From Hormiphora californensis (taxonomy: Eukaryota > Animalia > Ctenophora), in the NCBI GenBank assembly GCA_020137815.1, contig CM035351.1, positions 3,782,001-3,846,000 on the forward strand: a stretch of DNA of 64,000 bases. The letters are read 5' to 3'. The notes below the pieces were generated by a model. It made no database searches and had not been told where the DNA came from. It saw only the letters and a program-made list of their open reading frames with translations. This document shows, in pieces, positions 12,832-27,373 of this stretch. Both the position numbers and the translations under genes were made by a program. Each line of letters opens with the position of its first letter. Position 1 is the stretch's first letter.

Positions 12832-14560
12832 TCTTCATGTTCCGCTCTGAATCTAGGCAGTGCTAGATTCATGTTCATGATCGATTGATACAGCTCTGTC
12901 TGGACTGTGCGGTATACTAAAAACCCTTTGTTATTATTATTCGGGGCCTGGCCCGACCCTAAAATAAACCAAAATCAACCCGCTCGCCCTAAAAATTCCC
13001 TTAAAAAGAGCTTTTGTCGACTGCTTCCTTCGTATTGCTCTTCATAACCCAATTAGGTAATAGGCATGTCTAAACGAATGCCCTGGCCTACACAGTAACC
13101 AGGTGTAGTTATAGGTCCAAACCACTAAAGGATGATACTTTAGACGTATACCTCGACAAAATTGTTTTCGACATCTAACGTTTCTGGTCGAAATAAAGCT
13201 GAACAATTTTGGCCATTACATGGGAAAGCTGTGGTTATCTGGCCAAAAGTTGCCAAATATCTGATGCTGACTGTGCTCAGTACAGTCACTGTACTGCCGC
13301 AGTAGCCGGGAAACCGCAGCCGGGAGTATATCATGCTGCTGATAAAGCTGCTATAATGTGCAGTTATCATCTGCTAATGTGCAGTTATCATATGCTAATC
13401 CACGCAAAGTGGAAGCTCAGTTCTCACTTCTCGTCTGGTGGTTACAACTTTCATGGTCATGTTCACTGCGCTGGCAAGCGCAAAGGTTGCCATTCCCCCC
13501 CTCAAAAAGCGCCGCCAGAAACGCAGTTATACGTTTTATGGGTGTTTAGCTGAAAATCCAGATTTCAGAAGGCTATAGCGTGGCTCCCTTTCATCCGTTT
13601 GACTTGAAATTTGGAATGTATACCCGGCTTGGGGTCTTTGACTCAAGTTCAAAATTTCAAGTCTCTATCTCATCTGGAACCGAAGTTACAGACAGGTCCC
13701 ATTTGCCCTAAATTCAGTGTAACAGGCATGCACGCGTGCGCACATAGGAGAGACGCTTTTTATAAGTGAATGTGACGCCAAACGAAAAGAGATATAGACT
13801 TCATCTTTTCACAGCTGGTAGATCTACTGGATGTGTGTGCATTAGTCGTAGTGGGGTCCGTTTTCATCGCCAGGAACGTCCTACAGAACGTCTTAAAGTC
13901 GTCATTTTTCAGACTCTAACCAAAATTCTTTGAGCTCAATTTACACCCTGAAGACGGATTCTAATCAAAATGACGTCAGAAATGAAAATTTCTCAATTTC
14001 GCGACTCTAACCTCTCTGTACCTATTCTATTAAATCTACATGGATAAAAAATCCAAAAAATGATGCAAATTATACCAAAACTAATTGAAATTAGTAGGCC
14101 GGAAAGGTTGCCTTACGATTTGAGCTACCTTTGGCACTGGTACATTCCCTTTTGAAGATAGACGAAGCGATTACCCACTTCTTTGGCCACTACAACTCTG
14201 GCTACTACAACTCTGGCTACTACAACTCTGGCTAGTAGCCACAGTTGTATACAACTCTGGCTACTAGGAGTGCACCTCTGGCTACCAAACGACCCCGCCT
14301 ATGTATGCAACAGAACACCGACTCATTAGGTGATAGGGAGCTAGGTACACGCATTAATACATATGAGTTAGGTTCGCTGGATAAAGTTCTGCTATATAAC
14401 GGTATATACATCATAATCATGGTAATAACATATTGAATAATTGATCGGTTAACTAAATAACATATCTCGCTAAAATCTCGCTAAGATCTCGCTAATATCT
14501 TTAATACCTACTCCTAGTCATAAAATATAATGTAATCTCGCTAAAATCTAAAATAATGGA

Positions 14561-15897
14561 TTAACGTTGTCGAGCAACAGAGAGGTAAGAATGTTTACGT
14601 AAATATTCAATGATGGGTACTGTAGAATAATTCCTAACTAAATCTACTCTGTTCTCTTCTCTCCTCACACGGTCGCGACGCCTCTGAATAACTCTTCTCC
14701 TCCCCGTAACACCCTGTACTATCTCAACATCTGACTCACTCTGAAACTCTCTCAATCTCTCCACACATTTCCAAAACACCGGATTCTCTACTCCAAATGC
14801 AATATTGATAGCGTTATTTCCGCCCTCGGAAACATTGTTTGTCCTCGGCTCCCCATTCAATGTCCGCTGGTGGCAATTCCAGAGATCAATTGAGTAAAGA
14901 CCATTCATCCAAGTATCTTCAAAGTAGGTAATAAAACCTTCGCATACTGATGAATGATCTCTTCTCAACAAATCCCTTACAGAATGCCAGCCAGCAAGCA
15001 TATCAGTTGGGGGCAAAAATGGCAAACCAAAACACAAAGAAAGGCAATCTCTAAGATCGCTATCAGTAGAATAACCTGGCACTCTTTTGTAGTGTTTGAG
15101 AAGCGCTTGGTCAAAATGGAAATGACACCCTTTAACACTACTTTCACCAAAATGCTCATATAACGCTTTCAACTCAGACTGTTCGAAGTCAGTCAATACT
15201 GTCGTTGGGGACCAGGTAGGGACTGCCTCTTTTAAAATCGTAAGAGCTAGACTATACGACTGATACCCCTTGTCCTCTAATATAACAAAAGCAACTGGGA
15301 TTGTCACTTCTCTCAACTGTACCCTAACTATCCATATTTGACAGAAATGACGGGGTGCAACTTTGAATGTCCCATCAAAAAATACAGTTGACGCTGATTC
15401 CAATGCGTCGAGGCAGCTATCCGTTGCATATACTATTACTCGTTTGTCTCTTCTGGTTGTCTTATCTGCGGAAAGAGAGGGGTGTAAAATAGGAGCTTGA
15501 GTTAAACTTCACGTCGCTATTAAATTTAGAAGGTATGTTGATTGTTGAACTACATAATATAATACCTAAACTAGCTATTTACCTCCTAGCAAGAATCGCT
15601 TTCCGTTGCAGTCGGTTGCGTTCTTTCACGGGTATATAGAAACCCATTCAAGCCCAGCTGTGTGCCGCCACGTTTTCCTAGGAAAACTTCAAGTTTGTCA
15701 TCTCTCAACTCATTAAGACTAGTGTTGCGTGAGTTACTAGCAGGAGGACTACTAGGGCTAGGAGACAATTGGGATGGAGAACTTGAGTGCGGCATCGAGA
15801 TGTGCAGGCTCATAACTTCAACGTCGGGAGACGGTGGAGATATGTTAGGCGGGAAATCAGCCCAGGGATCAACACCTGATGGATAGAGAACTATCAA
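14561..15897 (-). pseudogene. MULE transposase (FLYWCH-associated type), frameshifted by an internal deletion
   Basis: Exon 15465-14561 carries RVIVYAT, FFDGTFK, TDFE, GCHFHFDQA and RTNNVSEG. Intron 15582-15466 joins NGKRFLLG|D. The upstream FLYWCH-like start GKRGGTQLGLNGFLYTR is in another frame and truncated. Confidence 0.85.
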
Positions 15898-16316
15898 ACA
15901 ACATGTTGCAACAACAATAACAAACTACTAAGGCACGTATCATTATTGGGTTGTCTACATTATCAAAATATGGCTAACAGGCTATGTCAAAATGCGATAA
16001 TTTATGAATACACCGTACCTGGTCCATCAGTAGAAGTCGAAGATATGCTGGAATCGGTAGGCAGTTCTGGATCTGTAGCAGGTCTCTGGTAAGTTTGAGG
16101 GGGCCATCCACTGTACGGGATATATGATGTCCATCCAGGGGGAAGTTGATACGGAGCCATGGATGGAGGATAAAACGCCACTCCCGGGTGGTAAAACGCG
16201 TGTGGATTAGAGTTCATCAAGTTTGAAAAAGTAACGATTGACGATTGTAACTGGCATTGTGTTTTTATACTCTGATCCAATAGGAAGGCCCAATTTACCC
16301 ATGACCCAGCTCTATA

Positions 16317-16488
16317 CCGTCGGACCCCGATTTAGGGACACCCTCGGGGGAAAGGCTCTTGTCCACTAAATCGGGGTGTCCACTAAATCGGGGTCAAATA
16401 AGGTTAATTTCCTATATCGGGGGAAAAAAATCCTGTCCCTAAATCGGGGTGCCACTAAATCGAGGGCCCCTAAATCGGGGTCCGACTG
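16317..16488. mobile_element. Tc1/pogo(Tigger)-like MITE (172 bp) nested in the MULE
   Basis: TA TSD, TIR C(C/A)GTCGGACCCCGATTTAGGG; close to the reverse complement of 62971-63142. Confidence 0.9.
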
Positions 16489-19400
16489 TACTAGTCTGTG
16501 ATCAAAAGACGGGGTTCAATTGCACTATATACTTGTATAATAGGTGGCCTCATGTCCTTTTTGCATGGTAATTAGGACTATATATTTTCTGTTTAGTGCT
16601 TGAGTGATGAGCTTTTTCAGACACTGTCTGAGACAGTGGCTTCGTATTACGACCCTGACATTGTCAGCGACAACGATATAATAACATGTAATACGGCGTT
16701 ATATTTCTTCTATAGGCAGGATTCGTAGTAGCCAGAGTTGCACCCCTAGTAGCCAGAGTTGTGTACAACTGTGGCTACTAGCCAGAGTTGTAGTAGCCAG
16801 AGTTGTAGTAGCCAGAGTTGTAGTGGCCAAAGAAGTGGGTCACCAGACGAAGCATCCGTTATATCCTGTGTTTACCCCGCGAATGTTACGGTGGTAAAGG
16901 TAGCTCAAATCGTAAGGCAACATTTCCGGCCTACTAATTTCAATTAGTTTTGGTATAATTACAAATTACGTTTTACCTGTATCATGGGAATCATGAATTC
17001 TCACAATTGGTCGCCAGTTTGGTACGATATATGACATTCTTTTGTACCAGTCCCCGCAGCCTGTACAGATTAACTTAATCTGCTACATGAGCTAAAAGTT
17101 ATAGAGGCCACAACTCTATATAACTGCCTCTCCAATATAATATAAATGTCCTCAATTATTATAGGTCTTGCTTTACTCCTTTTCTTTCGAATTTTTACTA
17201 CTCATTTTTACTACTGTTGTGCCAGTAATAATGTCATCACGCAACTCTCTCGTGAAAGAGAGCGGTTAGTGTGCCGGCTCATCAGCGTCCCTTGTTAGAT
17301 ATGATACATGATATACAGTGTAACACGTCCGAAACTTTCAACAGGCCTGTTAGCTGGAACAGTATATTATCCTGTATATATCCAATATATGAGAACAATT
17401 TCCATGGAAATATATGGAAATATTAGTTTCTAGTTAGTTTTGAGGTGCCATTGGGTATTGACAAACTTTGGTGGGGAGGACGGTTTGTATTTAAAGAAGG
17501 AACTCTGCTAAACAGTGGTTAGTGGAGTCATAATGAAAGAAAATATGTTTGGTAATCGAATATTTTTTGTTATTTAGTGGAGAAAAACTTGAACTGTTTA
17601 GTGTTTGAACTGTCTTTGCACTCCCCTCACCCCTGTGACGAACAGAAAACATGGGGGATTGTGGCTATTTTTATGTAGTAGAGACTAGTGAATAAAAAGA
17701 GGGAGGAGCGGAGAAATTGCAGTTTATTAAGGGTGAGATAGTAAAAGAAAAGAAAGTAATTGAATGGTCGGGTGAGTGAAAGAAAGCTCGAGAGAGGGAG
17801 ATCAAGACAGTCAGCTGCTGCTCGCCTGGTTGGTCTGGTTTGACAAAGAACAATACAGTAACACGGAAGTCATATTTCCTACTGATCACTAGAGGGATTC
17901 CAACACCTTTGTCTCATGAAAATTTCTTTCTCACTTTCAGACTTTTCCATTGCTCTATTTTATTGTATGCTTCGGTACAATTTTAAATTCACGACAACTA
18001 TATTTTGTGTAGAAATAGTGGGCTAAAAGAGCACAATTATATACAATTCAGGATCTTACAAAAATTACAATATATATTGTGGCCAAAAATTACAGAGCAG
18101 GTATTTTTGATAGCTATACCTTGTTCTTTTTCCATAGAGAGATAGACTTTCCAAGATCTGTAGTTAGCCTATTATACACGATCTTTCGCCGAAAGTTAGT
18201 GATTTCTCTTTGTTTTCGAAATCTTGATCTTTTACCAGCTTTCTGAAGTTCTCTTATACCGTCCCCACTTGTGTCATCTCTCACTCAACAAGTCTTCTGT
18301 ATCACCTTCAAGAGCTGAACTAGACTTAAATCAGATAGATTCTATGCCCCAACATTATTGAAATTCCGACTCCAGAGTCTGTATAACTTTCCTAAGTTTT
18401 CAAACTTTTCAACACTACTTTAAACAAATTAATTTAAGCCTGATGATGGTGCTGTGCATCGAAATTAATAGCGTTCTTCTACAACAAAAACCCTGTCTAC
18501 TCATTTTGTCCAGCAGGAAGGAGAACTAAACTTCCTCATTTCCTAAGATCTGGGAATAGATCTGGGTTAGATCACAACTTCTCGTTTATCTGATACAATC
18601 ATACCAACTATCTACTGTGTTCATGGTGTGTTCCAACCACCAACATGTGTTCCTATTTCCCCTGACACGTGCTTCCAAAGACCCGTATATACTGTTACCG
18701 CCATGTAAGGGATACACGTGCTGGTATCAAACATTAGGGAAAGAGATAGAGAGATAGAGAGAGAAAGAGAGAGCGACAGGCGGCTGTGGGAGAAAAGAAA
18801 ATGTTTCGCGTCCTTCAGGACCATCTATTTTTTGCGTTTTTACATGCCGCAGTGAGGTATGCTTTAAGACCGACTGCTGCAGGGGTAATCTTTGAGCTTT
18901 TGTTAAAACCGTTTTGGTGGATTGGTGGTGTAATTAAGGTGCACTTTGAAATTGCTCATAATTTGCCAACATGTTAGTCTTCAAGGTTTCACCGTTCTTT
19001 TTCTTTCTTGCACTGGCCACTACAGATTCAGTTGTTGTGTTAGTTTTTTATATTTTCGTGGCGTAGATATAAGGAAACTGGCAGTAAAACCCTAGATTTA
19101 GACACATAGAATGGATAGATGGATAATAAAGAGATCGATAAAGAGACGGAGAAAAAAAATTGAGGGATGAAGAAAGAGGATTATAGAGAGAAGGATGGAT
19201 CATGGAGAGATAATGAAAGAGAGAGAGAGAGGATGATAGAGAGAACGATAGAATGATAAAGTAAGATAAGGATAGAGCATGAAGAGTTCAATGAATGCTG
19301 ACTGCACGAAAGCCAACTAGCGTATATGACTTATTACTGTTTAATGTACGTTATAAAAGAGACGAATTCAAGGGGAGGGAGGGAGAGAGTTAGAGAATGA

Positions 19401-19949
19401 GAGAGATAGAGAGTGAGAAGGAGAGAGAGACCTATTGACCTATTAATACTTTGCAATTATACAGAGAGTAAGAGAGAGAAACATTACCGGCTAGAACGGG
19501 GGAGAGATGTTAGAGAAACGAGGAGAGAGAGAGGTTGGACCGTATACTTTTCTTTCTCCGTAGCTCTATATGCTAGACCTTGTCTTTTGAAATTCGGCCT
19601 ATATGCTTGCTGTTCTATCCTACCTGATGAGGCAAATCCACGCTCGTTACCACCCTTATCGCTATCCAAGAAGTTCAAGACTTAAATTTGACCATTATGT
19701 AATTAGCATCAAATAATCTGAAATTTTTTCGCAATTTTTCGAGTTCGATCAAGACTCATGGCTGATTGAAATAATAAACCTTTCACTGAATATATCATCA
19801 GGTGATATTCATTATCGATAGCAATGAGTTTGTGTCTTCTTTCCAGTTCAGTTCAATGGTATCACTGCCCAGTGCCCTATCACTGCTATCAGATCACAAT
19901 CGAGGCTGCGGTCATCCAATCTTCAAATGTGTCTTCATTATCGAGCTGA

Positions 19950-20760
19950 CTTATCGGAGAACCTTATCTGGCTACCTTATCTAGCTACTTTATCTGGCTG
20001 CCTTATCGGGGAACCTTGTCTGTCTACCTTATCTGTCTACCTTATCTGGCTACCTTATCTGGCTACCTTATCTAGCTGTCTTATCTGGCTACCTTATCTT
20101 GCTACCTTATCTGGCTACCTTATCTAGCTGTCTTATCTGGCTACCTTATCTTGCTACCTTATCTGGCTGCCTTATCGGGGAACCTTATCTGGCTACCTTA
20201 TCTGGCTGCCTTATCGGGGAACCTTATCTGGCTACCTTTTCTGGCTGCCTTATCGGGGAACCTTTTCTGGCTACTTTATCTGGCTGCGTTATCTGGCTGC
20301 CTTATCTGGCTGCCTTATCGGGGAACCTTATCTGGCTGCCTTATCGGAGAACCTTATCTGGCTACTTTATCTGGCTGCTTTATCGGGGAACCTTATCTAG
20401 CTGTCTTATCGGGGAACCTTATATTGCTACCTTATCTGGCTGCCTTATCTGGCTGCCTTATCGGGGAACCTTTTCTGGTTGCCTTATCGGGGAACCTTTT
20501 CTGGCTACTTTATCTGGCTGCCTTATCTGGCTACCTTATCTGTCTACCTTATCTGGCTGCCTTATCTCGCTACCTTATCTCGCTACCTTATCGGGGAACC
20601 TTTTCTGGCTGCCTTATCTGGCTACTTTATCTGGCTGCCTTATCTCGCTACCTTATCGGGGAACCTTTTCTGGCTACCTTATCTGGCTGCCTTATCGGGG
20701 AACCTTTTCTGGCTGCCTTATCGGGGAACCTTTTCTGGCTGCCTTATCGGGGAACCTTAT
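19950..20760. repeat. Minisatellite of 13 bp variant units (CCTTATCTGGCTA / CCTTATCTGGCTG / CCTTATCGGGGAA)
   Basis: Direct tandem periodicity; explains the LIWLPYL repeat ORFs. Confidence 0.9.
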
Positions 20761-21198
20761 CCACGACTGTCTTATCTTAATTCTCATACTGATAGACATA
20801 ATTTGACTGAATGGTGTTGTTGGAGTACAAGTATCATGGTGTGAAGGCGGCCTTGTCACCGGGTTGATGGATGTGTTAAAACACCTCGTGTTTACCAATG
20901 TCCGCACCTCCCTCCCTCTCTCGCTGCAGTTATCCAGTGCAGCTAGTAGTAGCTGCAATACAGTCTTCCACTCCTCATGTTATATATCCCAACTATCATA
21001 TATACTGTGCTGCTGGTATGCCGCAGTGTTAAACTGAACTTGACCTACCTTCATTGACATTCCGCAATATTATTCGTGGAGTAAAAATAGCTTCGAGCAG
21101 AGTCCTCTCCCTCTCTCTCCCTAAGTACGGAGTGTACACTAGACTTTTTACAATACCTAGCTCTTTTCTTTCTCTCATTCGCCTAGTGTGCGTCCGCA

Positions 21199-21262
<64 letters not shown>

Positions 21263-21270
21263 ATCTATCT

Positions 21271-21309
<39 letters not shown>

Positions 21310-22265
21310 TCTCTCTCTCAGTGAGAGTCTCTATGGTAACCGATTCCTCTGTACACAGATTTCCAACTCCGGTAATTTATACTAGATGCGGTTTCCGCCA
21401 TCAAACTATTACAGGCCGCATTTCCAGGGCCTTAATCTGTGCTCCTCTCTCTCTTTATTTCTCTGGTTCCATTAAGTATAAACCTAACCCCTATTATCAT
21501 TAGGGCCCTAATGGTTTTGTAAGTTTTCACCGGGAGACCTATTCTGTTTGCCCATTTTCTATTTTCTTTGTTTTTCGACACAAATCCCGTAGTTATTGAG
21601 AAGCTCAAAAAGTAATTACAAATTCATTGTTAGACCGACTGACTTGATATAATATGACCACCTTAAAGTGACAATAGTAACTATTGTAAGCAACTGTTGT
21701 AATAATTCTTTTGTGTGGATTACAGTTAAGTCCTAACCGGTCCTAACTTTTTTAAAGTCAGCTGCGAATCTTTGTTTCGCACATGAGATTATTGCACCAG
21801 ATATACCAGTATATATGGGGCTATACGTGATTGCTCTTGACTACGCACGACTGACAATCGCGGATATATCTTTGACTAGCGTGCATGCAGTTAAGATTTT
21901 CAGCCGATATCATGATGATTGATCTAAGAAAACAGAGAGAGAGGGGAGGGAGGGAGGGAGGGAGAAAAATAGAGATAGGAGGGAGGGAGGGAGAGAGACA
22001 GACAGATATCAGTCGATACAGTTTGATCGATCAGCATCAGTATAAGCTTGTAAAGCTTCTGCTCCGATCAGTGGATTAAAACTTATTTTTGTTTTGTTGA
22101 ATTCTGGGAAATAGAGGGTAGCAGTCAACAAATAAACTAAATAACTCTGCTGACTGCACTTACGAACCTAACGTTAGATTCATTTTACCATTCCAAAGTT
22201 AGATCCACTTTACCATTCGTTGTTTATTACGAATATTTAATGTCTCTCTCCCTCAGCTCCCTCTC

Positions 22266-22312
<47 letters not shown>

Positions 22313-23148
22313 CTCCCCCTCTTCCTCTCTGTGGTGTGTCTACTGGTTCTCTCATTGTGAATTGGCATTGCACACTTGCGAATTCACACTTGCAATTGCA
22401 CTGAGTCACTCGAGAGTGGTTCTCTATCCCTCTCTCTATTTTGTGAAATCTTTCTCATCCTTTTCGTGTCCAGCTGTAGCTCACTCTTTTCCTTTCTCCT
22501 TACAACGCTTTATGTCTCTTCATTTTCTTGTTTACTGTCGCTGTATCTGTTTTTCTTCTGTTTCAACTCATTCCATAATCTAGATTCAAGATTCAAATTA
22601 CAAAAGTACTAGGTTACTCAGTGAGTTGGTGATGCCATCCCCTATTATGTTATAATTCGTGCAGGCTTCGTTTGCCGCGCTGCACGCGGCTGGTAGTTTA
22701 AGGGTGAGTTTCTTCCAGATTCTCAGTGATTCTTCCTGTTACTTTGTCCGAGTTAATATGTTGCTATTCGTGATATATGAGTCTCATATCATTTTAATTT
22801 CATGGCGAACAATCAAATTTGTTCGATATATATAGACAGTGTATGTGACTTTCGACGGTCTACGAATGATCGATGATATCGTTTATACATTTTGTTATAC
22901 ATTTTATAAATAGTTATACATTTTATACATTCTATTCCTTGAGGGGCACTCCTTTTCATTAAATCACTTGTCCCCAATATAACAGTTCTCTCTAACACGT
23001 TATCTCTCCCTATGTAGCCCAAGGCTCCTCCTCCGGTAAATGTGACAACAAGTTCACACAGGTATAATACTGGTGTAGCTCCCCCTATCCGTGGGTAAGT
23101 TGCTTGTGTTGACTTTGAATCCGCTGAGCTGAGTTTGAATCCGCTGCT

Positions 23149-23252
23149 GAAACGTGAATTATTGCTGCTGAAATATGAATTATTGCTGCTGAAATGTGAA
23201 TTATTGCTGGTGAAATGTGAATTATTGCTGCTGAAATGTGAATTATTGCTGG
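23149..23252. repeat. 21 bp tandem repeat (GAATTATTGCTGCTGAAATGT)
   Basis: About 5 copies visible. Confidence 0.85.
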
Positions 23253-25735
23253 TGTATGAGTGCATGAAGAACACACGGGTATACTTTGGTTTGTTGTAGA
23301 GTTAATCAAAGGAACTTTGACATAGTAAATCTTTCCGTCTTGTATACATCCCTCTACGATTGTAAACTTCCCTCTATCTCTTTCTCTTCTCCATTTACAT
23401 TTGTATCCCTGTATAGTCACGATTTTTGTAGCCTAGCATATTTATCATTCAGGTACTAGAGGCAACAATTTGAAGAGAGGAACAATCCGATGGAACTGTA
23501 GTCTAGAGTAGAATAGGGTAAAAGGAGCGAGAACGAGACAAGCGAAGAAATACGGAAAAGTTTTCAGATTCTTCAACATACATGCCTAGATCAACCCACT
23601 CTAGACACCCACTAGGCAAAGGGGTCGCAGGTTTGCGAGAAGCATAAATTCTGATTTACCAAGTAATGATAAAAGCTACTCAGGAAATTCCAGGAGAGTG
23701 GCAGGGATCACGATCATGGAGGACGGATATAAAGTTGGAAATCTCGGCCGATAATCACAATGGGGTAAATATAGGAAAGGTGTTTGTTCGAAAACCCCGG
23801 ACCTTACAAAACAGGTTTGCGCTAATAATCACTGGGTTCTCGAAACTGAAAAAGTACGAAAAAAGGAGCGCCGAACCGAACGGCCGGACTGGACCAAACG
23901 ACCCGCCCGAAAAGCACCGGCCGAAGCGGAATGATACAAACAATAAGTACAGGAAGCGAGGGATGGCAACTGACCGCTAGGAGAATCCGCAAATCTCGCT
24001 AGCAATGTGTGAGAGCACGCGAACACGGCCAAACCCCTGTTTTTACCCCCCCCAATTTAATCCTTTAAAACCCCGGGGGGGAAAAGGGTGTCAGTTGAAA
24101 CAAAAGTGGTCACCTTTCCAGCCAACTTTTCTTTAGTTTTGGCAAAATTTTGGGTATTTTTTGGTATTTTTGACGTAAAATACTTTTTTAAAAACCGTCT
24201 TAAGTAGCAAAATGTGTAAAGACCTCGGGAACGCAAAAAACACGAAAATTTTGTTTTTTGACGTCTTAGACGTTATACGTGACGTCACCCCCCCCGTTAT
24301 AACGCTTTATAGTAAAGTTTTATCAGGATTAGAAAAAGATGCTGCCCAAAGTTGAATCGATTGGCAAAATTAAAGGCGCTATGACAAAAACCACATCGTA
24401 TATCTATTTCATAAGCAAAACTTCAGACGCGTTTTTAAGACCCTTGGAAAAGGGTTTCAAAAATTCGCGATACAGTTTGGAAATTTGAGATATTTTCATA
24501 AGGGGGGGTCTCCTTTTTTCAATCGAACCGTCTTCAGGGTGTAAATTGAGCTCAAAAAAATTTGGTTATTTGAAAAATGTTTTAAACTTTATGACATTTT
24601 TTTTAGGATTCTAGTTAGCCCTAGAAAAAAAACCATTCGTCTACACAAATTTAACCTTAAACTTTCGAATTTTAACAAACGAGAAGGTCATTTTATCGTT
24701 TCTCTCCAAAAAAGATTTAAATTTTTTGGGTTTTTTTAAAAAAGGTCTATCCATAGATCATAGAACATAGATAGATAGATAGATAGATAGATAGACCCGG
24801 GACATTTATTGCTTTTGGGACGATGCTGTATCTCTAAAACTAAAAGAGATAGAGACTTGCCCTTTTGAACTACAGTAGATCTAGACTATGTGACATTGTA
24901 TACCAAATTTCAGACCGATTGGTGCAGTTGGGGCATCGCTATGGGCGTCGCAAAATGCCATTTTTGGCAAAAAACGGAAAAAACTTATTACTGCTCTCTG
25001 GCACGCGCGGCTGGGGGAGGGGATGGTCACCTTTGCGCTTGCCAGCGCAGTGATTTTTTGTAGCCTGTTTCACGCCATACTACACCTCGCAACATGTATT
25101 TAGTAAAAATAAGTTTGCTCTCCACTTCTACTAAAAGACTAATAATAGGCGAAAAGAAAGGGGTGGACTGCTTAGATCACTATTTTGTATTTTGTGTGTT
25201 GGAAGTCGGAACGTCTGTTGGTACTTGTTACGTGTGTTGGTACGTGGGTGAAAGTGAAGACAGGACTACTTGTTGCCCCGTACCCACCTTTACAGCACGT
25301 GTATTGTATTTGAGTCAGACTGGTGTCTAAATGCAACATGTTGATTTAACACTCCAGCTACTTCACAGTTTCCAGCTTCTTGTTTAACTGAGAGTAGGAG
25401 AATTTGTCATACTTTTGTGAGCCAAAGGAGAGAGTAGACTGCACTTATATTGTACCATACCTCCCCTCACCTCATGCTGCAGCTTGTAGCTTACTGCTAT
25501 TCGGTATTTTGTGATGTGTGATTTAGTATTCCTGTTGTTGGGTGTTAATTGGGGGAGATATAGGGCGGGTATGCTGTTGTCCGTCTTTTGACAACCTAGA
25601 AATATGTTAGTTGGTATACATTGAATGAATAATATTCATTCAATATGTTGAATAATAATATTCTTGTATATCTCTTTTCATCAATTTGTTAACCACCCCC
25701 TTCTCTCCCCTCTCTACAGGCAGCATGGTAACAAA

Positions 25736-25855
25736 ATGAGTGGTAAAGCGGGTGCTTCAGGGGCACGGTCCAAGCTTGTTAAGGACATAACGAGTCTTGC
25801 CAAGAAGCGGATCTCACCACCACATAGCCCCACTGATCTTCATTTCGAGGACAGG
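25736..25855 (+). CDS. Candidate alternative N-terminal exon 1 of Nav2 (MSGKAGASGARSK...DLHFEDR)
   Basis: Polypyrimidine/CAG acceptor at 25719, ATG at 25736, 40 codons, then a phase-0 donor GTAAGT at 25856; in frame with the acceptor at 59124. Confidence 0.6.
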
Positions 25856-26457
25856 GTAAGTCCCATGACCAAATCTGCGGACCAGGTCCCAAGATCTGAT
25901 GGTTACCGGTGTGGTAATTATCAGGGACGCTTGGACCCGGGTGTCGTTAACGTGCAGAGAGTGATACTACTAATAGTTTGTTAGTTGGTTGTGTGTCGAC
26001 GGTTATGTCCATGACAACACCCCACACCACCGTCCAGTTTCCAACGTACATCACATCATGCGACTGTCGTACGTTTCTGAAAATCAAATACAGTTCCACA
26101 TATATCTGTCTGCCTGTCTATCTGTCTGTCTCCTTCCCTGGTTCAGTATCTCTTTATATTTCCTTTCATATATATCTTTCTTGTTCTCCCTTCTCATCTA
26201 CCATGCTCTCACAGGTCCAGCCATGTGTTTTTATTGTACAGTCAGACTGTGCTGCACGTCCCACTGACACAGTAATACCACCCGGGTGTTCAGTCCACCT
26301 TCAACCGCTCCCACTGCAGCCCTTTTTCTCTATTCTCCCCTTTCTTCCTCTTCATTTCTCTCTCTGTTTCTCTATACTCCCCTATCTTTCTCTTTCTTCT
26401 CTTTCTCTTTCTTCTCTTCATTTCTCTTCCTTTCCCTTCCTTTCTCTCTTTGTTTAG

Positions 26458-26603
<146 letters not shown>

Positions 26604-27373
26604 TCTGTCTGTGGAACGTCCCGAGGGAAAGAGCAGGTGGAGGTGTTCTGACTGCCTCTCTTCTTCTCAGTTTTTCCGTTAATGGCACATAAGCAAATAA
26701 AACAGTTTCCTCTGTCCCCCACTGTCTCTCCCACCCGGCGTACAGCTGTAATGTCATTATACGAGAGAGAGAAAGATAGAAAGATAGAGAGATAGAGAGA
26801 GAATGACAAGGGACAAACGGACCATAGCTTGCACGCTTTTTCAATTCAGTATTTCCCTCATTGCTTATCAGTTTGTTCATTAGTTTTCACAACAACAACA
26901 ACTATCAACAACACATCTCGGACAACAACAACAACAACCCACAATGTGATCTAGCTAGCCCTTCACTAGCACCCAATCACCCCACTATATAGTTCAGTTC
27001 TCCTGTCATTGTAGTTGTTCGAGTTGTGTCAATGTCTGTAATGGGATTAACGGTCCTGCTGCTATACAGTCGTCCTACCCCCCACAGCTGCTGCTCCATA
27101 ATGCAATTTACCGCAGCTCCCAGAGAATCTCTGACCGCTTTTGTTATGTGTTTATTATACCATGTAGCTGATAGGTAGCCACAACCACCACCTTCCACCA
27201 TTATAGCTGACTATTTATCACCCATACAATATTTAGCTTGTTAAGTCCGGCACCCCCTCTCTCCATCTCACTGCTCCCACACTGAGCGCGTGAGATAGTG
27301 TGCGTGAATTGTGCGTGTTTGTATATGGTGAGTGGAGTGAGTGATCAGTTTGACCTAATGTAAAATACGACAA

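Larger units (their letters stand above)
14169..16844 (-). mobile_element. Mutator-like (MULE) DNA transposon, internally deleted
   Basis: 9 bp TSD AGACGAAGC (14160-14168 and 16845-16853); about 110 bp TIRs containing tandem TACAACTCTGGCTAC repeats; encodes a MULE DDE transposase. Confidence 0.92.
14068..16960. mobile_element. Hairpin MITE interrupted by the MULE insertion
   Basis: About 65 bp inverted repeat AATTATACCAAAACTAATTGAAATTAGTAGGCCGGAAA...GCTACCTTT (14068-14132) versus its reverse complement ending at 16960, flanking the MULE TSDs. Confidence 0.75.

Noticed and set aside
19927-20844. Overlapping Leu-rich ORFs, and a superficially CRISPR-like repeat
   Set aside because: A 13 bp tandem minisatellite with no unique spacers and no cas genes, in a eukaryotic context.
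22665-22703. 39 nt segment flanked by CAG and GTGAGT, a possible micro-exon
   Set aside because: It lacks an ATG and the acidic end motif, and has a stop in the frame needed to join 25720. It may be a 5'UTR exon, but nothing supports that without RNA data.
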